Under the pieces are notes generated by a model that saw nothing but the letters and a program-made list of their open reading frames with translations, did no database searches and was not told the origin of the DNA. A program made the translations under genes and the position numbers. A stretch of DNA of 64,000 nt from an uncultured Actinomycetes bacterium (GTDB lineage: Bacteria; Actinomycetota; Thermoleophilia; RBG-16-64-13). The stretch lies in NCBI GenBank assembly GCA_963841735.1, contig CAWJDT010000001.1:800001-864000 (forward strand). The letters are read 5' to 3'. Below are positions 1 to 10,677 of this stretch, piece by piece; positions within the stretch are counted from its first letter, which is position 1; each line of letters begins with the position of its first letter.

Positions 1-434
1 ACAGGCCGGGTGATCAGGTAGAACCAGCGGAGCGGCACGGCGATCAAGAGCGTGGAACGCTCGGCTTTGCGGATGGCCACCGACTTTGGCACCAGCTCAC
101 CGAAGATTATGGTGATGAAGGTGACAAAGACAAAAGCCACGATGGCGGCCGCCGTGCGATTCATCGCCAAGTCGAAGATGCGCGTGAACGCCGAGGCCCC
201 CAGCCAGCCAAGGCCTAGGCTGGCCACGGTGACCCCCAACTGGGTGGCTGAAAGATACGCATCGAGATGGTTGACGATGTGGTCGGCGACCCGCGCTCGG
301 CGCTTGCCCTCGGCCGAAAGTTCGGCTATCCGGGTGTCGCGCACTTTTACGATGGCAAACTCGGCCACCACGAAGAAAGCGTTCACAACCACCAGCAGAG
401 CGACGCCAATGATCTCAAGAGCTGTGGTGTTCAT
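1..434 (-). CDS. HlyC/CorC (CNNM) family membrane protein, N-terminal part; truncated by window edge
   Basis: Own translation from ATG at 434: MNTTALEIIGVALLVVVNAFFVVAEFAIVKVRDTRI...YLSATQLGVTVASLGLGWLG...IIFGELVPKS; the 'FFV.AEFA' and 'GELVPK' motifs are characteristic. Confidence 0.9.
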   Translation of the reverse strand, partial: MNTTALEIIGVALLVVVNAFFVVAEFAIVKVRDTRIAELSAEGKRRARVADHIVNHLDAYLSATQLGVTVASLGLGWLGASAFTRIFDLAMNRTAAAIVAFVFVTFITIIFGELVPKSVAIRKAERSTLLIAVPLRWFYLITRP

Positions 435-603
435 AGTCGGCCCGTATGGGAGACGGGCATGGGCCCTAAGCGGAGACGGCGGGGATCATCGAGCGTATCC
501 ATTTCGCTGTCCAAGGATAGCATAAGGCATCCACCCGCCCTCTGGCGCAATGCTGCCGAGATGCTGCCAAAACGCGTAGGCGGGTCCCGTCTGGTGGGGC
601 CGC

Positions 604-1566
604 TCAGGTGTGCTTGCAGGTCGCCGAGAGCACGGGCTCCAGTAGCCCCCAGGCCTCCTCCGCCGTCTCTACGAATGAGAAGATGTCCGGGTCGTCGGGC
701 CCGATCACGCCCTCATCGACCATCGCGGCGAAGTTGACCACCCGTTCCCAATACTCGCGTCCGAACAGCAGCACCGGTATGGGCTTGATCTTGCCGGTCT
801 GGATAAGGCACAAGACCTCGAACAGTTCATCAAAAGTGCCGAATCCTCCGGGAAAGACCACCAGGGCTTTCGCCCGCATCATGAAGTGCATCTTTCTCAG
901 GGCAAAGTAGTGGAAGTTGAAGCAAAGATGGGGAGAGATGTACTCGTTGGGCTTCTGCTCGAAGGGAAGCACGATGTTGAGGCCTATGCTGTCGGCGCCT
1001 GCGTCGTACGCGCCCCTATTGGCAGCTTCCATGACGCCGGGCCCACCGCCGGTGACCACGACGACTTTGTAGCGGTTGCGCCGAAGACCGCAGGCATTCG
1101 CCTCTGTCCGGTCGCCCGGCATGCCGGAGATCAACTGTCCCAGCCGGCGGGCTTCGTTATAGAACCTGCTCTTCCCCACGAGAGCCCGGACGGTGCGCTC
1201 TCGGCGGACGGCCTGAAGGTCATCGGGGTTCTCGCCAGCAGCCCGCGTGGCCTCGGCGAGAAGAGCGGCCGCTTGTTCGGGGCTGGGGATGCGGGCACTA
1301 CCGAAGACGACCACCGTGGATGTGATGCCGCGGTCGCGCTGGAGGATCTCGGGCTTCAGGTATTCCAGTTCCAGCCGGGCAGGGCGGAGCTCATCGCGCA
1401 GCAGGAAGTCCGTGTCGGCAAACCCCAACTTGTAGGAGGGCGAACTTGTCTGCGGCGTCTCGGGATCTAGGCGGATGTGGCGGCTGTCCTCTTCGGCGGA
1501 GGGGAAATGTCTCATTTCCTCCCCATATTCGGGGATCGGCTGCCGGGTGGGCCTGCGTTCTTCCAT
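604..1566 (-). CDS. LOG family (TIGR00730-like) nucleotide monophosphate nucleosidase
   Basis: VVVFGSAR, TGGGPGVMEAANRGA, RKMHF and FPGGFGTFDE motifs. Confidence 0.9.
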   Translation of the reverse strand: MEERRPTRQPIPEYGEEMRHFPSAEEDSRHIRLDPETPQTSSPSYKLGFADTDFLLRDELRPARLELEYLKPEILQRDRGITSTVVVFGSARIPSPEQAAALLAEATRAAGENPDDLQAVRRERTVRALVGKSRFYNEARRLGQLISGMPGDRTEANACGLRRNRYKVVVVTGGGPGVMEAANRGAYDAGADSIGLNIVLPFEQKPNEYISPHLCFNFHYFALRKMHFMMRAKALVVFPGGFGTFDELFEVLCLIQTGKIKPIPVLLFGREYWERVVNFAAMVDEGVIGPDDPDIFSFVETAEEAWGLLEPVLSATCKHT

Positions 1567-1707
1567 AGATTACTGCTCCTTGTCCGTCGCCGTTAGGGGG
1601 GGACCGGATGACGACGATCATACTGCAAGCGCTCCCGCGCGGCGACTCTGGGGTATCTTGGTGAAGAGCGGTTGAGTCGCCGTACCCCACTGAGCAAGGG
1701 GCGCCAG

Positions 1708-2367
1708 TTGCAGATTCTCATCATTGAGGACAATCGGACGCTCGCCGTGAATATTCGACGGTATCTCGAATTGGAGCACTACGCGGCTTCCGTCAGTCTC
1801 AACGGTCTGGACGGGCTCGGTAGGGCCCTCTCCGAGGCGTACGACTGCATCATTCTTGACCTGGACCTGCCTGGGCTACACGGTCTAGAGGTATGTCGGC
1901 GATTGCGGGCCGCGGGCAGCAACTCACCCATTCTGATCCTCACGGCCAGCGGCGCGAAGCCGGATATAGTCCGGGGCCTTGACGCCGGCGCGGATGACTA
2001 TCTGGTCAAGCCGTTCGACATGGAGGAGCTGCTGGCTAGGGTGCGCACTCTGGTGCGTAGGCGGGGTACGACCTGCAGCCCCCTGCTTACAGCGGCTGAT
2101 GTGACCGTCGATAGCAACACCCACGAAGTCCGGCGTGGCGGTGTCACAGTGCATCTGGCGCCCAAGGAGTATGCCCTGCTGGACTACCTGATGCGCAATC
2201 TTGGTGTAGTCCAGGATCGACGCACCATCGTCATGCATGTTTGGGGAGAGCACAGCGCCCTGATCCCATATCAGACAGTGGATGTGCACGTGTCATATCT
2301 GCGGCGCAAGTTGGGCAACAACCTCATTCGCACAGTGCCCGGCAAGGGCTACTTCGTGCCGGCTTAG
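1708..2367 (+). CDS. OmpR-family response regulator
   Basis: ILIIED...DLDLPG...DDYLVKPF receiver domain plus winged-helix VDVHVSYLRRKL; likely TTG start at 1708 within ORF 1672..2367. Confidence 0.9.
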   Translation: MQILIIEDNRTLAVNIRRYLELEHYAASVSLNGLDGLGRALSEAYDCIILDLDLPGLHGLEVCRRLRAAGSNSPILILTASGAKPDIVRGLDAGADDYLVKPFDMEELLARVRTLVRRRGTTCSPLLTAADVTVDSNTHEVRRGGVTVHLAPKEYALLDYLMRNLGVVQDRRTIVMHVWGEHSALIPYQTVDVHVSYLRRKLGNNLIRTVPGKGYFVPA

Positions 2368-2373
2368 TCGGCC

Positions 2374-3567
2374 GTGTTTAGGCGTCTCCGTTACAAGATC
2401 GCTCTGCAGTTCACCGCTCTGGTGTTCGTATTGATGCTGGTGGTCGGCAGCGTGTATATCGGGGCGCAGTACTTCAGTACGCACCGCTCCACCAGCGATC
2501 AACTGCGCAACGACGCGGCGCTGATCCAGCTGGAAATCGCAGAGACGGGGTCGACAGACAGTGACGATCTGCTGACCATAGCCGGGAGCGCGGACGGCGC
2601 TTCCGTGCGCGTTTACACGGCGCAGGGCGACGTCCTGTTCGCCGGCGATCTGTTCGGGCGTATTTCCGCTCCCATGCAGCCCGATGCGGTGGCCCGCTTT
2701 CTCACCGTCAAAGGCTCCACGGGCTACTACCGGTTGTACCAGGTGCCGGTGATCACGCAGGGCGGCACGACTCTGTACGTCCAGATCGCGCGACCGGAGC
2801 GTATCGATATGCATGAGCTGCCGGGTGAGGTGCTGCTCTTCCTGGCGGTAAGCCTGATCATCACGTCGCTCACGTTCTTGTTCGGGCTTGTGTTCGCAAG
2901 GCGGAGTCTTGCGCCGGCCGAGGCTATGCTCGGCCGCCTGCGGCAGTTCACGCATGACGCCAGTCACGAGTTGCGCACGCCGCTGGCCGCGGCCAACTCG
3001 TCGCTGGATCTGGCCATACGCACCGGCGATTACGTAGAGGAGATCCGCGCGGCCAAGCGGGAGCTGCAACAGGGCTCGCGGTTGATCGAGCGGCTGCTGC
3101 AACTTGCTGACCTAGACGAACTGGCGTTGGTGCCCGAGCCGGTGGACCTGTCTGGGCTTGTGCGCGAGGAAGTGGCCCAGCACCAGGGGGCCGCGGCTGA
3201 TGCCGGGGTCGAACTCCGAAGCGAGGTAAGCGATGGGCTGGTGGTGCACTGTGATGAATCCCTGGTTCGCCAGCTCTTGGACAACCTATTGGCCAACGCC
3301 ATGAAGTTCACCCCCGCCGGCGGCTCGGTGTCGGTGGAACTGACCGCCGGTCACCTGTCCGTTTGCGACACCGGAGTGGGCATCCCGGCGGCTTCGCTCC
3401 CCCATGTGTTCGAGCGCTTCTATCAGGCGGAGACCTCTCGATCTGGAGAGGGTTCGGGGCTCGGCCTCGCCATCGTGGCGCGCATCGTCGAGACGCACGG
3501 CTGGACGATGCGGGTAGATAGTCGCGAGGGAGAGGGAAGCGTCTTCACCGTCGATCTCTCTTTCTGA
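2374..3567 (+). CDS. Sensor histidine kinase
   Basis: Two TM segments, DASHELRTP H-box, NLLANAMKF, DTGVGI, GSGLGLAI. Confidence 0.93.
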   Translation: MFRRLRYKIALQFTALVFVLMLVVGSVYIGAQYFSTHRSTSDQLRNDAALIQLEIAETGSTDSDDLLTIAGSADGASVRVYTAQGDVLFAGDLFGRISAPMQPDAVARFLTVKGSTGYYRLYQVPVITQGGTTLYVQIARPERIDMHELPGEVLLFLAVSLIITSLTFLFGLVFARRSLAPAEAMLGRLRQFTHDASHELRTPLAAANSSLDLAIRTGDYVEEIRAAKRELQQGSRLIERLLQLADLDELALVPEPVDLSGLVREEVAQHQGAAADAGVELRSEVSDGLVVHCDESLVRQLLDNLLANAMKFTPAGGSVSVELTAGHLSVCDTGVGIPAASLPHVFERFYQAETSRSGEGSGLGLAIVARIVETHGWTMRVDSREGEGSVFTVDLSF

Positions 3568-3574
3568 GCCACTG

Positions 3575-3609
3575 TCTTAATCTGCTCTTAAGGCCCCGCG
3601 GCGCACAAT
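3575..3609 (+). promoter_or_regulatory. Candidate OmpR-type tandem binding site and -10 element
   Basis: TCTTAA at 3575 and 3586 (11-bp period); CACAAT at 3604; directly downstream of an OmpR-type two-component pair. Confidence 0.45.
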
Positions 3610-3612
3610 GGC

Positions 3613-3975
3613 ATGGTCGTGGACGGCCCGGTCCGTGGGCTGCGAGTGAGGTGGGAGGCCGCCTTGGATGCCGGAGCAAGATCAGAGAGAGCCAGAACCA
3701 TCCGTCAGGATCTTGGCTTCGTCGTCAGCATACTGTTGCTGCTCGCGGTCATGGGAGCTGCTCTCACCGGTATGGCCGGAGAGGAGGAAGGGTTCTTCGG
3801 TCTGGGCGACGATCTGCATAGTTTCGCCGGATGGAGCACAGTCATGCTCGTGGTGATCCATGTCCTTCTGCGCATGGGGTGTATGGCTCGGTACGCGAAA
3901 CGCAGGCTGCGCCGCCTCCTGGGCGTGGGCAGTGTCGTGCAATCCGGTTGTGATGAGAGCCAGGAGGCGAAGTAG
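3613..3975 (+). CDS. Small membrane protein (DUF4405/cytochrome b-like, two His-bearing helices)
   Basis: Two hydrophobic helices; LH...VIH pattern. Confidence 0.55.
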   Translation: MVVDGPVRGLRVRWEAALDAGARSERARTIRQDLGFVVSILLLLAVMGAALTGMAGEEEGFFGLGDDLHSFAGWSTVMLVVIHVLLRMGCMARYAKRRLRRLLGVGSVVQSGCDESQEAK

Positions 3976-4629
3976 TTGGACTTCGGTTCTCTTGGCTATA
4001 TTCTCGACCCCGCGGGTCTTCTATCTGATCTGCTGGGCCACATGGGTGTCTGGGTCTACGCGATCATCTTCGTCATTGTGTTCGCCGAGACTGGGTTGGT
4101 GTTCGCCCCATTTCTGCCGGGAGACTCTCTGCTTTTCGCGGCGGGTGCTCTTGCCGGCACGGGGCAGCTGGATCTCTGGGTCGTCACTGTGATCGTGGTG
4201 GGGGCCGCAGTGGTGGGCGACGGAGTAAACTACGCGGCCGGAAGGCTCTTCGGCAAGGTGATCGCGGCACGGACGGGGCGAATCATAAAGCGTCGGCATA
4301 TTGAAGCGGCCGAGGGTTTCTACGAGCGACACGGCGGCAAGGCACTTGTACTTGCGCGTTTTGTGCCCGTGGTCCGTACGTTCGCCCCCTTTGTGGCCGG
4401 TATGGGTAAGATGCCCCTCCGGCGTTTTTGGCTCTTCAATTGGCTGGGAGCGCTCAGTTGGACGGCCGTTTTCGTCACTGCTGGCTACTTCTTTGGGAGC
4501 CTACCTTGGGTCGAGCGCAATCTGACTCTTATGGTTCTACTTATCGTGGTTGCTTCTGTGATGCCGGTTGTAGTCAAGGCCGGACTTCATAGGCGCGGTC
4601 TGCGCCAAGCTGCAAAACAGAACGTCTAG
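3976..4629 (+). CDS. DedA/VTT family membrane protein
   Basis: FAETGL..PFLPGDSLLF and ARFVPVVRTFAPFVAG motifs. Confidence 0.93.
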   Translation: MDFGSLGYILDPAGLLSDLLGHMGVWVYAIIFVIVFAETGLVFAPFLPGDSLLFAAGALAGTGQLDLWVVTVIVVGAAVVGDGVNYAAGRLFGKVIAARTGRIIKRRHIEAAEGFYERHGGKALVLARFVPVVRTFAPFVAGMGKMPLRRFWLFNWLGALSWTAVFVTAGYFFGSLPWVERNLTLMVLLIVVASVMPVVVKAGLHRRGLRQAAKQNV

Positions 4630-4648
4630 GAAAGGAAAGGAACGGGCC

Positions 4649-4972
4649 ATGGATTGTCCGGTTTGCGGAGAGAAACTCAGGGAGATCGACCGATACGGCG
4701 TGACGATAGATATATGCCCGGGCTGCAAGGGCTGCTGGCTCGATCGTGGGGAGTTGGAGAAGATCGTCGCGATGGAGGAAGCAGAAGCTAGGCCGGCCTC
4801 AGGCGAGCGCCCCGCGCCCCGCGATTCCGTCGACCGTTCCCACGACTACGACCGCAAGAAGGACGACGACCACTATGACCGTGGCAGCCGGAGCGGCGAG
4901 GGCGGATACAGCAAGCCGAAGAAGCGCAGCTCTCTGCTCAGCGACATTCTTGGGAGCCTGGGCGGCGAGTGA
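4649..4972 (+). CDS. zf-TFIIB-type zinc-ribbon protein
   Basis: CPVC...IDICPGCKGCWLDRGELEK. Confidence 0.85.
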   Translation: MDCPVCGEKLREIDRYGVTIDICPGCKGCWLDRGELEKIVAMEEAEARPASGERPAPRDSVDRSHDYDRKKDDDHYDRGSRSGEGGYSKPKKRSSLLSDILGSLGGE

Positions 4973-7608
4973 AGACTGAGATGGTGGAAGATCCTCAAGG
5001 CCTCACCTCCTCAGAGGCAGCCGAGCGGCTGCGAGCGGAGGGGTACAACGAGCTCCCGTCGACTTCGAAGCGGGGGTTCCTGCGCATAGCGCTCGGCGTG
5101 GCTCGGGAGCCGATGTTCCTCCTTCTGGTGTTCGCCGGGGCTTTGTACGCTGCCCTGGGTGACCTGCAGGAGGCCATCATGCTGCTGGGCTTCGTGTTTG
5201 TGGTCATGGGCATCACCATTTACCAGGAGCGCAAGACGGAGCGCGCCCTCGAGGCTTTGCGCGACCTATCGAGCCCCCGCGCTCTGGTGATACGCGACGG
5301 GCAGCAAATACATGTTCCCGGCCGGGAGGTCGCGCGCGGCGACATAGTGCTCATCGCCGAAGGTGATCGCGTACCCGCGGACGCTGTGCTCCTCTCATGC
5401 AGTGACCTACAGGCCGACGAGTCACTGCTCACGGGCGAATCGGTGCCGGTTCGCAAGATGCCCCGCGAAGGCCTGGCCACCGAGGAGTCGGTCCGGGTGC
5501 GACCTGGCGGAGACGATCTGCCCAACATCTTCTCGGGCACCCTGATCGTGCAGGGCCAGGGAATCGCTGAAGTCACCGCGACCGGGCCCAAGACCGAGAT
5601 GGGTCTCATCGGCGTGGCTCTCGAGAACACCGGCGAAGAGAAGACCCAACTGCAGCGGCACAGCGCGCGCCTCGTGCGCAACATGGCCTTGGTGGGACTG
5701 TTGGTGTGCGCCTTGGTGGTGGTCATCTACGGGCTCACCCGCGGTCATTGGCTGGACGGCCTGCTGGCCGGACTCACTTTGGCCATGGCCACCTTGCCCG
5801 AAGAGATCCCGGTGGTGCTCACCATCTTCCTGGCCCTCGGAGCTTGGCGCATCAGCCAGAAGCGCGTCCTCACCCGCCGGATCCCCGCTGTGGAATCGCT
5901 GGGCTCCGCCACGGTGCTGTGCGTCGACAAGACCGGGACGCTGACTCTCAACAAGATGACCATCGCGCGCCTCCACTCCGCCGGGCGCTTCTTCGAGGTG
6001 TCGCCGGAGACCGAGGACGCGGAAGAGCCGGGTGCGGTCGCCGCAAACGATCCTGATCAGGGGCTGCCTGCTCTGGGTGAGCCAGCCTACGAGGATTTCC
6101 ATCAACTGGTGGAGTACGGAATCCTGGCCAGCGAGCTCAATCCGTTCGATCCCATGGAGAAGGCGTTCACGCGTCTGGGCGAGCGCTACTTCAAAGGCAC
6201 GGAGCATCTCCATGGCGACTGGGCCCTCGTGCACGAGTACCCGCTGTCGCGGGAGCTGCTGGCCATGTCTCACGTCTGGAAATCGCCGGCAGGCGACGCC
6301 TACGTCATCGCGTCCAAAGGAGCGCCGGAGGCCATAGCCAATCTGTGTCACCTTGACGAAGCGCAGCTGGCGGAAGTCTCGCGGTCCATAGACGCTATGG
6401 CCGAGGATGGACTAAGAGTGCTGGGAGTGGCACGGGCTCTTCACAGCGGAAGCGAGTGGCCCGGCGCGCAGCACGACTTTGATTTTGAATTCCTGGGCCT
6501 GGTCGGTCTCTCCGATCCGCCGCGCGCGTCGGTGGCTCAGTCACTCAAGGAGTGTGCCACCGCCGGCATCCGCGTGATCATGATCACCGGCGACTACCCC
6601 GGCACTGCCCGGGCGATCGCCCGCCGCATCGGCTTGGGACCGGTAGAAGTGGTCATCACCGGTCCGGAGCTGGACGTCATGAGCGACTCCGAGCTCCAGG
6701 AGCGCATCGGCGACTGCAATATCTTCGCCAGGGTGGTGCCTGAGCAGAAGCTGAAGCTGGTCCAAGCGCTCAAGGCGCGCGGCGAGCTGGTTGCCATGAC
6801 CGGCGACGGAGTCAATGATGCGCCCGCTCTCAAGGCCGCCAACATCGGAGTGGCCATGGGGCAACGCGGCACCGACGTAGCCCGCGAAGCCGCCTCACTC
6901 GTTCTGCTTGACGACGACTTCTCTTCGATCGTGGCCGCCGTCAGGTTGGGCCGCCGTATATTCGATAATCTCAAGAAGGCCGTCGCCTACATCTTCGCCG
7001 TACACACGCCCATCATCGGTCTGACCCTCATCCCACTCGCCCTGCGCTGGCCGCTGATCTTCTCGCCGGTGCACGTGGTGTTCTTGGAGCTCATCATCGA
7101 CCCCGCGTGCTCGGTGGTGTTCGAAGCGGAGCCCGAAGAGAAGAACGTGATGACTCGCAAGCCTCGTCAGGTAGGCGAGCCTCTGTTTGGCCGAAAGGTC
7201 CTGGGGATCAGCGTCCTGCAAGGAGCAGTCGTGCTCGCCATCCTGGTGGCGGTGTACGCCATCGCCCGGGGGCGCGGCCAGAGCGACGATCAGGCTCGGG
7301 CTCTCACCTTCACAGCGCTGGTAGTGGCCAATCTGGCCTTGATCCTCACCAACCGCTCGTGGAGTCGCGGCTTCATCAGCACACTGAGGACTCCCAACAA
7401 AGCATTGTGGTGGGTGCTCGGGGGAGCGGTCGTGCTCCTAGGTCTTGTTCTCTATATCCCGGCCTTGCGTCAGTTGTTCGGCTTCGGCGTGCTGCACGCC
7501 GCCGACATCTTCATATGCCTGGCCGCGGGCGTGGTGAGCGTCGCCTGGTTCGAAGGCCTGAAGGCCATCAAGGCAAAAAGGGAGCGCGCCGCGGAGTCCC
7601 TGGCATAA
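4969..7608 (+). CDS. Cation-translocating P-type ATPase (P2-like)
   Basis: TGES, PEE, DKTGTLT, KGAPE, MITGD, TGDGVNDAPAL motifs. Confidence 0.95.
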   Translation: MKTEMVEDPQGLTSSEAAERLRAEGYNELPSTSKRGFLRIALGVAREPMFLLLVFAGALYAALGDLQEAIMLLGFVFVVMGITIYQERKTERALEALRDLSSPRALVIRDGQQIHVPGREVARGDIVLIAEGDRVPADAVLLSCSDLQADESLLTGESVPVRKMPREGLATEESVRVRPGGDDLPNIFSGTLIVQGQGIAEVTATGPKTEMGLIGVALENTGEEKTQLQRHSARLVRNMALVGLLVCALVVVIYGLTRGHWLDGLLAGLTLAMATLPEEIPVVLTIFLALGAWRISQKRVLTRRIPAVESLGSATVLCVDKTGTLTLNKMTIARLHSAGRFFEVSPETEDAEEPGAVAANDPDQGLPALGEPAYEDFHQLVEYGILASELNPFDPMEKAFTRLGERYFKGTEHLHGDWALVHEYPLSRELLAMSHVWKSPAGDAYVIASKGAPEAIANLCHLDEAQLAEVSRSIDAMAEDGLRVLGVARALHSGSEWPGAQHDFDFEFLGLVGLSDPPRASVAQSLKECATAGIRVIMITGDYPGTARAIARRIGLGPVEVVITGPELDVMSDSELQERIGDCNIFARVVPEQKLKLVQALKARGELVAMTGDGVNDAPALKAANIGVAMGQRGTDVAREAASLVLLDDDFSSIVAAVRLGRRIFDNLKKAVAYIFAVHTPIIGLTLIPLALRWPLIFSPVHVVFLELIIDPACSVVFEAEPEEKNVMTRKPRQVGEPLFGRKVLGISVLQGAVVLAILVAVYAIARGRGQSDDQARALTFTALVVANLALILTNRSWSRGFISTLRTPNKALWWVLGGAVVLLGLVLYIPALRQLFGFGVLHAADIFICLAAGVVSVAWFEGLKAIKAKRERAAESLA

Positions 7609-7635
7609 ACCTCACGCTTGGAGCCGACCCGGGGG

Positions 7636-8997
7636 CTACGCGCCCCCGGTGTCCTCCTTGCGGAGGTCGACCACTCGCTGAGCTTTGCCCTCGCTGCGCT
7701 CGATGGAGCCAGGTTCCTTGAAGGTCACCTTGGTATTGATGCCGATGATGTCCTTGATGTTCTTCTGGATGTCGCCCTTGAGAGCCACCAGAACATCGTG
7801 TTCGGTGAATGTCGTGACGTCGTCAAGAGAGAGCATGGCCTCCGAGACCTCTTTGTGGAGGCTGGGTTTGATCTCCACCTGCACTTCCATGTTGTCCATG
7901 GCGCCCTTGCGGGTGACGATGAGACGGTAGTGAGGCTCCACCTGGGGCGACATCAACAGCACCGACTCAACCTGGCTGGGGAACACGTTGACTCCGCGGA
8001 TGATGAGCATGTCGTCGGTGCGGCCCGAGACGCGGGCCATGCGCACGGTGGTGCGTCCGCAGATGCAGGGCTCGGGGTTCAGAGTGGTGATGTCGCCCGT
8101 GCGGTAGCGGATAAGGGGGAAGGCTTCCTTGGTGAGGGTGGTGAACACCAACTCGCCCTGCTGCCCGTAGGGAAGCACCTCGCCGGTGTCCGGGCTGATG
8201 ATCTCGGGGAGGAAGTGGTCTTCGTTGATATGCAGGCCGGACTGGGCCTCCACGCACTCACACGAAACGCCGGGGCCCACGATCTCGCTCAGACCGTAGA
8301 TGTCGCAGGCTTTGATGTTCCACTTGGCCTCGATGTCCCTGCGCATGGCTTCCGACCAGGGTTCGGCTCCGAACACCCCTACCTTGAGCGGCAGTTTGGT
8401 GACATCCATGCCCACCTGCTGGGCCACGTCCCATAGGTAGATGGCGAAGCTGGGAGTGCAACAGATGACAGTGGTGCCGAAGTCCTGCATGAGCATGAGT
8501 TGCCGCTGGGTGTTGCTGCCCGAGATAGGGATGACCGACGCGCCCAGTGTCTCAGCTCCGTAGTGCATGCCCAGGCCGCCCGTGAAGAGGCCGTAGCCGT
8601 AGGCCACCTGGACGACGTCCTCGTCGGAGGCGCCGACGCCGGCCAGCGTGCGGGCCGCGACGTGGGCCCACATGTCGATGTCGTTCTGGGTGTAGCCAAC
8701 AGTTGTCGGCTTGCCTGTGGTGCCTGACGAAGCGTGGATGCGCACCACTTCTTTGAGCGGGGTGGCGAACATCTTGAACGGGTAGTTGTCGCGCAGGTTG
8801 TACTTGCGGGTGAAGGGGAGACGGGTGAGGTCGTCCAGCCCGCGGACGGATTCGGGGGCGATTCCGGCCTTATCGAGCAGGTCTCGATAGAAGGGCACCT
8901 TGTCGTAGACCCTCTTTACCAGGGCGCTCAGGCGCTCGCCCTGCAGCTGCCTCATGTCGTCCCGGCTCATGCACTCGTGTTCACGGTCGAAGATCAC
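7636..8997 (-). CDS. paaK: Phenylacetate--CoA ligase family protein
   Basis: [50 protein letters not shown]. Confidence 0.9.
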   Translation of the reverse strand: MIFDREHECMSRDDMRQLQGERLSALVKRVYDKVPFYRDLLDKAGIAPESVRGLDDLTRLPFTRKYNLRDNYPFKMFATPLKEVVRIHASSGTTGKPTTVGYTQNDIDMWAHVAARTLAGVGASDEDVVQVAYGYGLFTGGLGMHYGAETLGASVIPISGSNTQRQLMLMQDFGTTVICCTPSFAIYLWDVAQQVGMDVTKLPLKVGVFGAEPWSEAMRRDIEAKWNIKACDIYGLSEIVGPGVSCECVEAQSGLHINEDHFLPEIISPDTGEVLPYGQQGELVFTTLTKEAFPLIRYRTGDITTLNPEPCICGRTTVRMARVSGRTDDMLIIRGVNVFPSQVESVLLMSPQVEPHYRLIVTRKGAMDNMEVQVEIKPSLHKEVSEAMLSLDDVTTFTEHDVLVALKGDIQKNIKDIIGINTKVTFKEPGSIERSEGKAQRVVDLRKEDTGGA

Positions 8998-9072
8998 GGT
9001 TGACTCCCCTTATACTCGCGCACCCTACCGGGCGATGGTAGCACGGGACCGGAGTCTCACTCACTGTGACTA

Positions 9073-9531
9073 CCGGCTCAGGCCGGTGCCTGCCGACTCG
9101 GCACTCGCCGGGGTTGCCCTTTGCTTCGCTCGGGCGGCAAAAGCCTCGCTGGCAGACACCGACCTGAGCCGGCACCCTCCGCCCAGCGGCGCCGGTCCCG
9201 CGCTTCCCGCGCGGTAGATGGTTTTCGGTGAGGGGTGCCTGCCGACTCGGCACTCGCCGGGGTTGCCCTTTGCTTCGCTCGGGCGGCAAAAGCCTCGCTG
9301 GCAGACACCGACCTGAGCCGGCACCCTCCGCCCAGCGCGCCAGTCCCGTGCTTCCAGCACGGTAGATGGTTTTCGGTGAGGGGTGCCTGCCGACTCGGCA
9401 CTCGCCGGGGTTGCCCTTTGCTTCGCTCGGGCGGCAAAAGCCTCGCTGGCAGACACCGACCTGAGCCGGCACCCTCCGCCCAGCGGCGCCGGTCCCGCGC
9501 TTCCCGCATGGTAGCTGTTCTCTCTGAGGGG
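9073..9531. repeat. Three tandem ~148-bp GC-rich palindromic repeats
   Basis: Units starting GTGCCTGCCGACTCGGCACTCGCC at 9086, 9235 and 9383 are near-identical; the first copy folds CCGGCTCAGG (9073) onto CCTGAGCCGG (9163-9172). Confidence 0.92.
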
Positions 9532-9609
9532 GCTTCTCCGCACACGCGGCTGCTTGTCAACCCAAGGTCTGATTACAGGGCGACGTCTATTCGTGTGACC
9601 CTGGCGACG

Positions 9610-10575
9610 ATGGACACGCCGCCAAGACTGCTCGATCAAATGCGCGAGGCACTACATGCGCGGCACTACAGCCTCCGCACAGAACGGGCCTACTGCGCCT
9701 GGGTGAGGCGCTTCATCTACTTCCACCACGTCCGCCATCCAGGTGAGATGGGGGGCCCGGAGATCAACGCCTTTCTCACTCACCTCGCGGTGGCGGAGAA
9801 CGTGAGCGCTTCGACGCAGAACCAGGCGCTGGCGGCGCTGCTCTTCCTGTACCGGCACGTACTAGACCGCGAAGTGGGCGACTTGGACGGAGTAATCCGT
9901 GCCAGGCACAGTGCCAAGGTCCCGGTGGTGATGACTCGCACCGAAGTGCGGGAGGTGCTTGCTCAACTCGCGGGCGACAAGTGGCTCATCGCCTCTCTAC
10001 TCTATGGCTGCGGGCTGCGACTACTGGAGTGCCTCCGGCTCCGGGTCAAGGACATCGACTTCTCCCGGGGCGAGATCACAGTGCACGATGGCAAGGGCGG
10101 GAAGGATCGTGTCACCATGTTGCCCGCGTCACTTGCCGATCCGTTGCAGCATCACCTTGTCTCGGTCAAGACGATCCACCAGGCCGATCTGGCCGACGGC
10201 TGGGGTCGCGTGCTCCTTCCTAACGCTCTTGATCGGAAGTACCCGAACGTGCCGGCCGACTGGCGCTGGCAGTGGGTCTTTCCCCAGGCCAACCGCTGGA
10301 AGAACAGCAGAACTGGGGAGGAAGGGCGGCATCATGTTCACGAGACCCTTGTTCAGCGCGCGGTGAAGGAGGCCGTAAGTCGCGCCGGTGTTGTCAAGCA
10401 CGTGGGGTGCCACACCTTCCGACACTCCTTCGCTACTCATCTCCTGGACGCGGGTTACGACATCCGCACGATCCAGGAACTCCTGGGCCACAAGGACGTT
10501 CGCACCACCATGATCTACACCCATGTGCTCAACCGCGGCGGCCAGGGCGTCCGCAGCCCGCTTGACTCCCTGTAG
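9610..10575 (+). CDS. intI: Integron integrase
   Basis: [49 protein letters not shown], plus the integron-specific insert '[20 protein letters not shown]...WQWVFP'; start ATG 9610 (the longer ORF just runs through the repeats). Confidence 0.97.
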   Translation: MDTPPRLLDQMREALHARHYSLRTERAYCAWVRRFIYFHHVRHPGEMGGPEINAFLTHLAVAENVSASTQNQALAALLFLYRHVLDREVGDLDGVIRARHSAKVPVVMTRTEVREVLAQLAGDKWLIASLLYGCGLRLLECLRLRVKDIDFSRGEITVHDGKGGKDRVTMLPASLADPLQHHLVSVKTIHQADLADGWGRVLLPNALDRKYPNVPADWRWQWVFPQANRWKNSRTGEEGRHHVHETLVQRAVKEAVSRAGVVKHVGCHTFRHSFATHLLDAGYDIRTIQELLGHKDVRTTMIYTHVLNRGGQGVRSPLDSL

Positions 10576-10677
10576 GGCGGGCATATACAGATGGGATGAG
10601 AAGGCCGACCTCCCCCGGAGTACCGTGAGGTCCCCAATCAGAGTCGGGCTCGTGGGCCCAAATGAAGGAGGCCAGCC

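Noticed and set aside
9086-9531. Repeats as a CRISPR array or attC cluster
   Set aside because: Units are ~148 bp with no unique spacers, no cas genes nearby, and no RYYYAAC/GTTRRRY ends
9235-9609. N-terminally extended 446-aa IntI and the repeat-spanning ORFs on the minus strand
   Set aside because: Read-through of GC-rich non-triplet repeats; IntI homology begins at Met 9610
9532-9609. LexA/SOS box in the intI promoter
   Set aside because: No CTGT-N8-ACAG or GAAC-N4-GTTC match found
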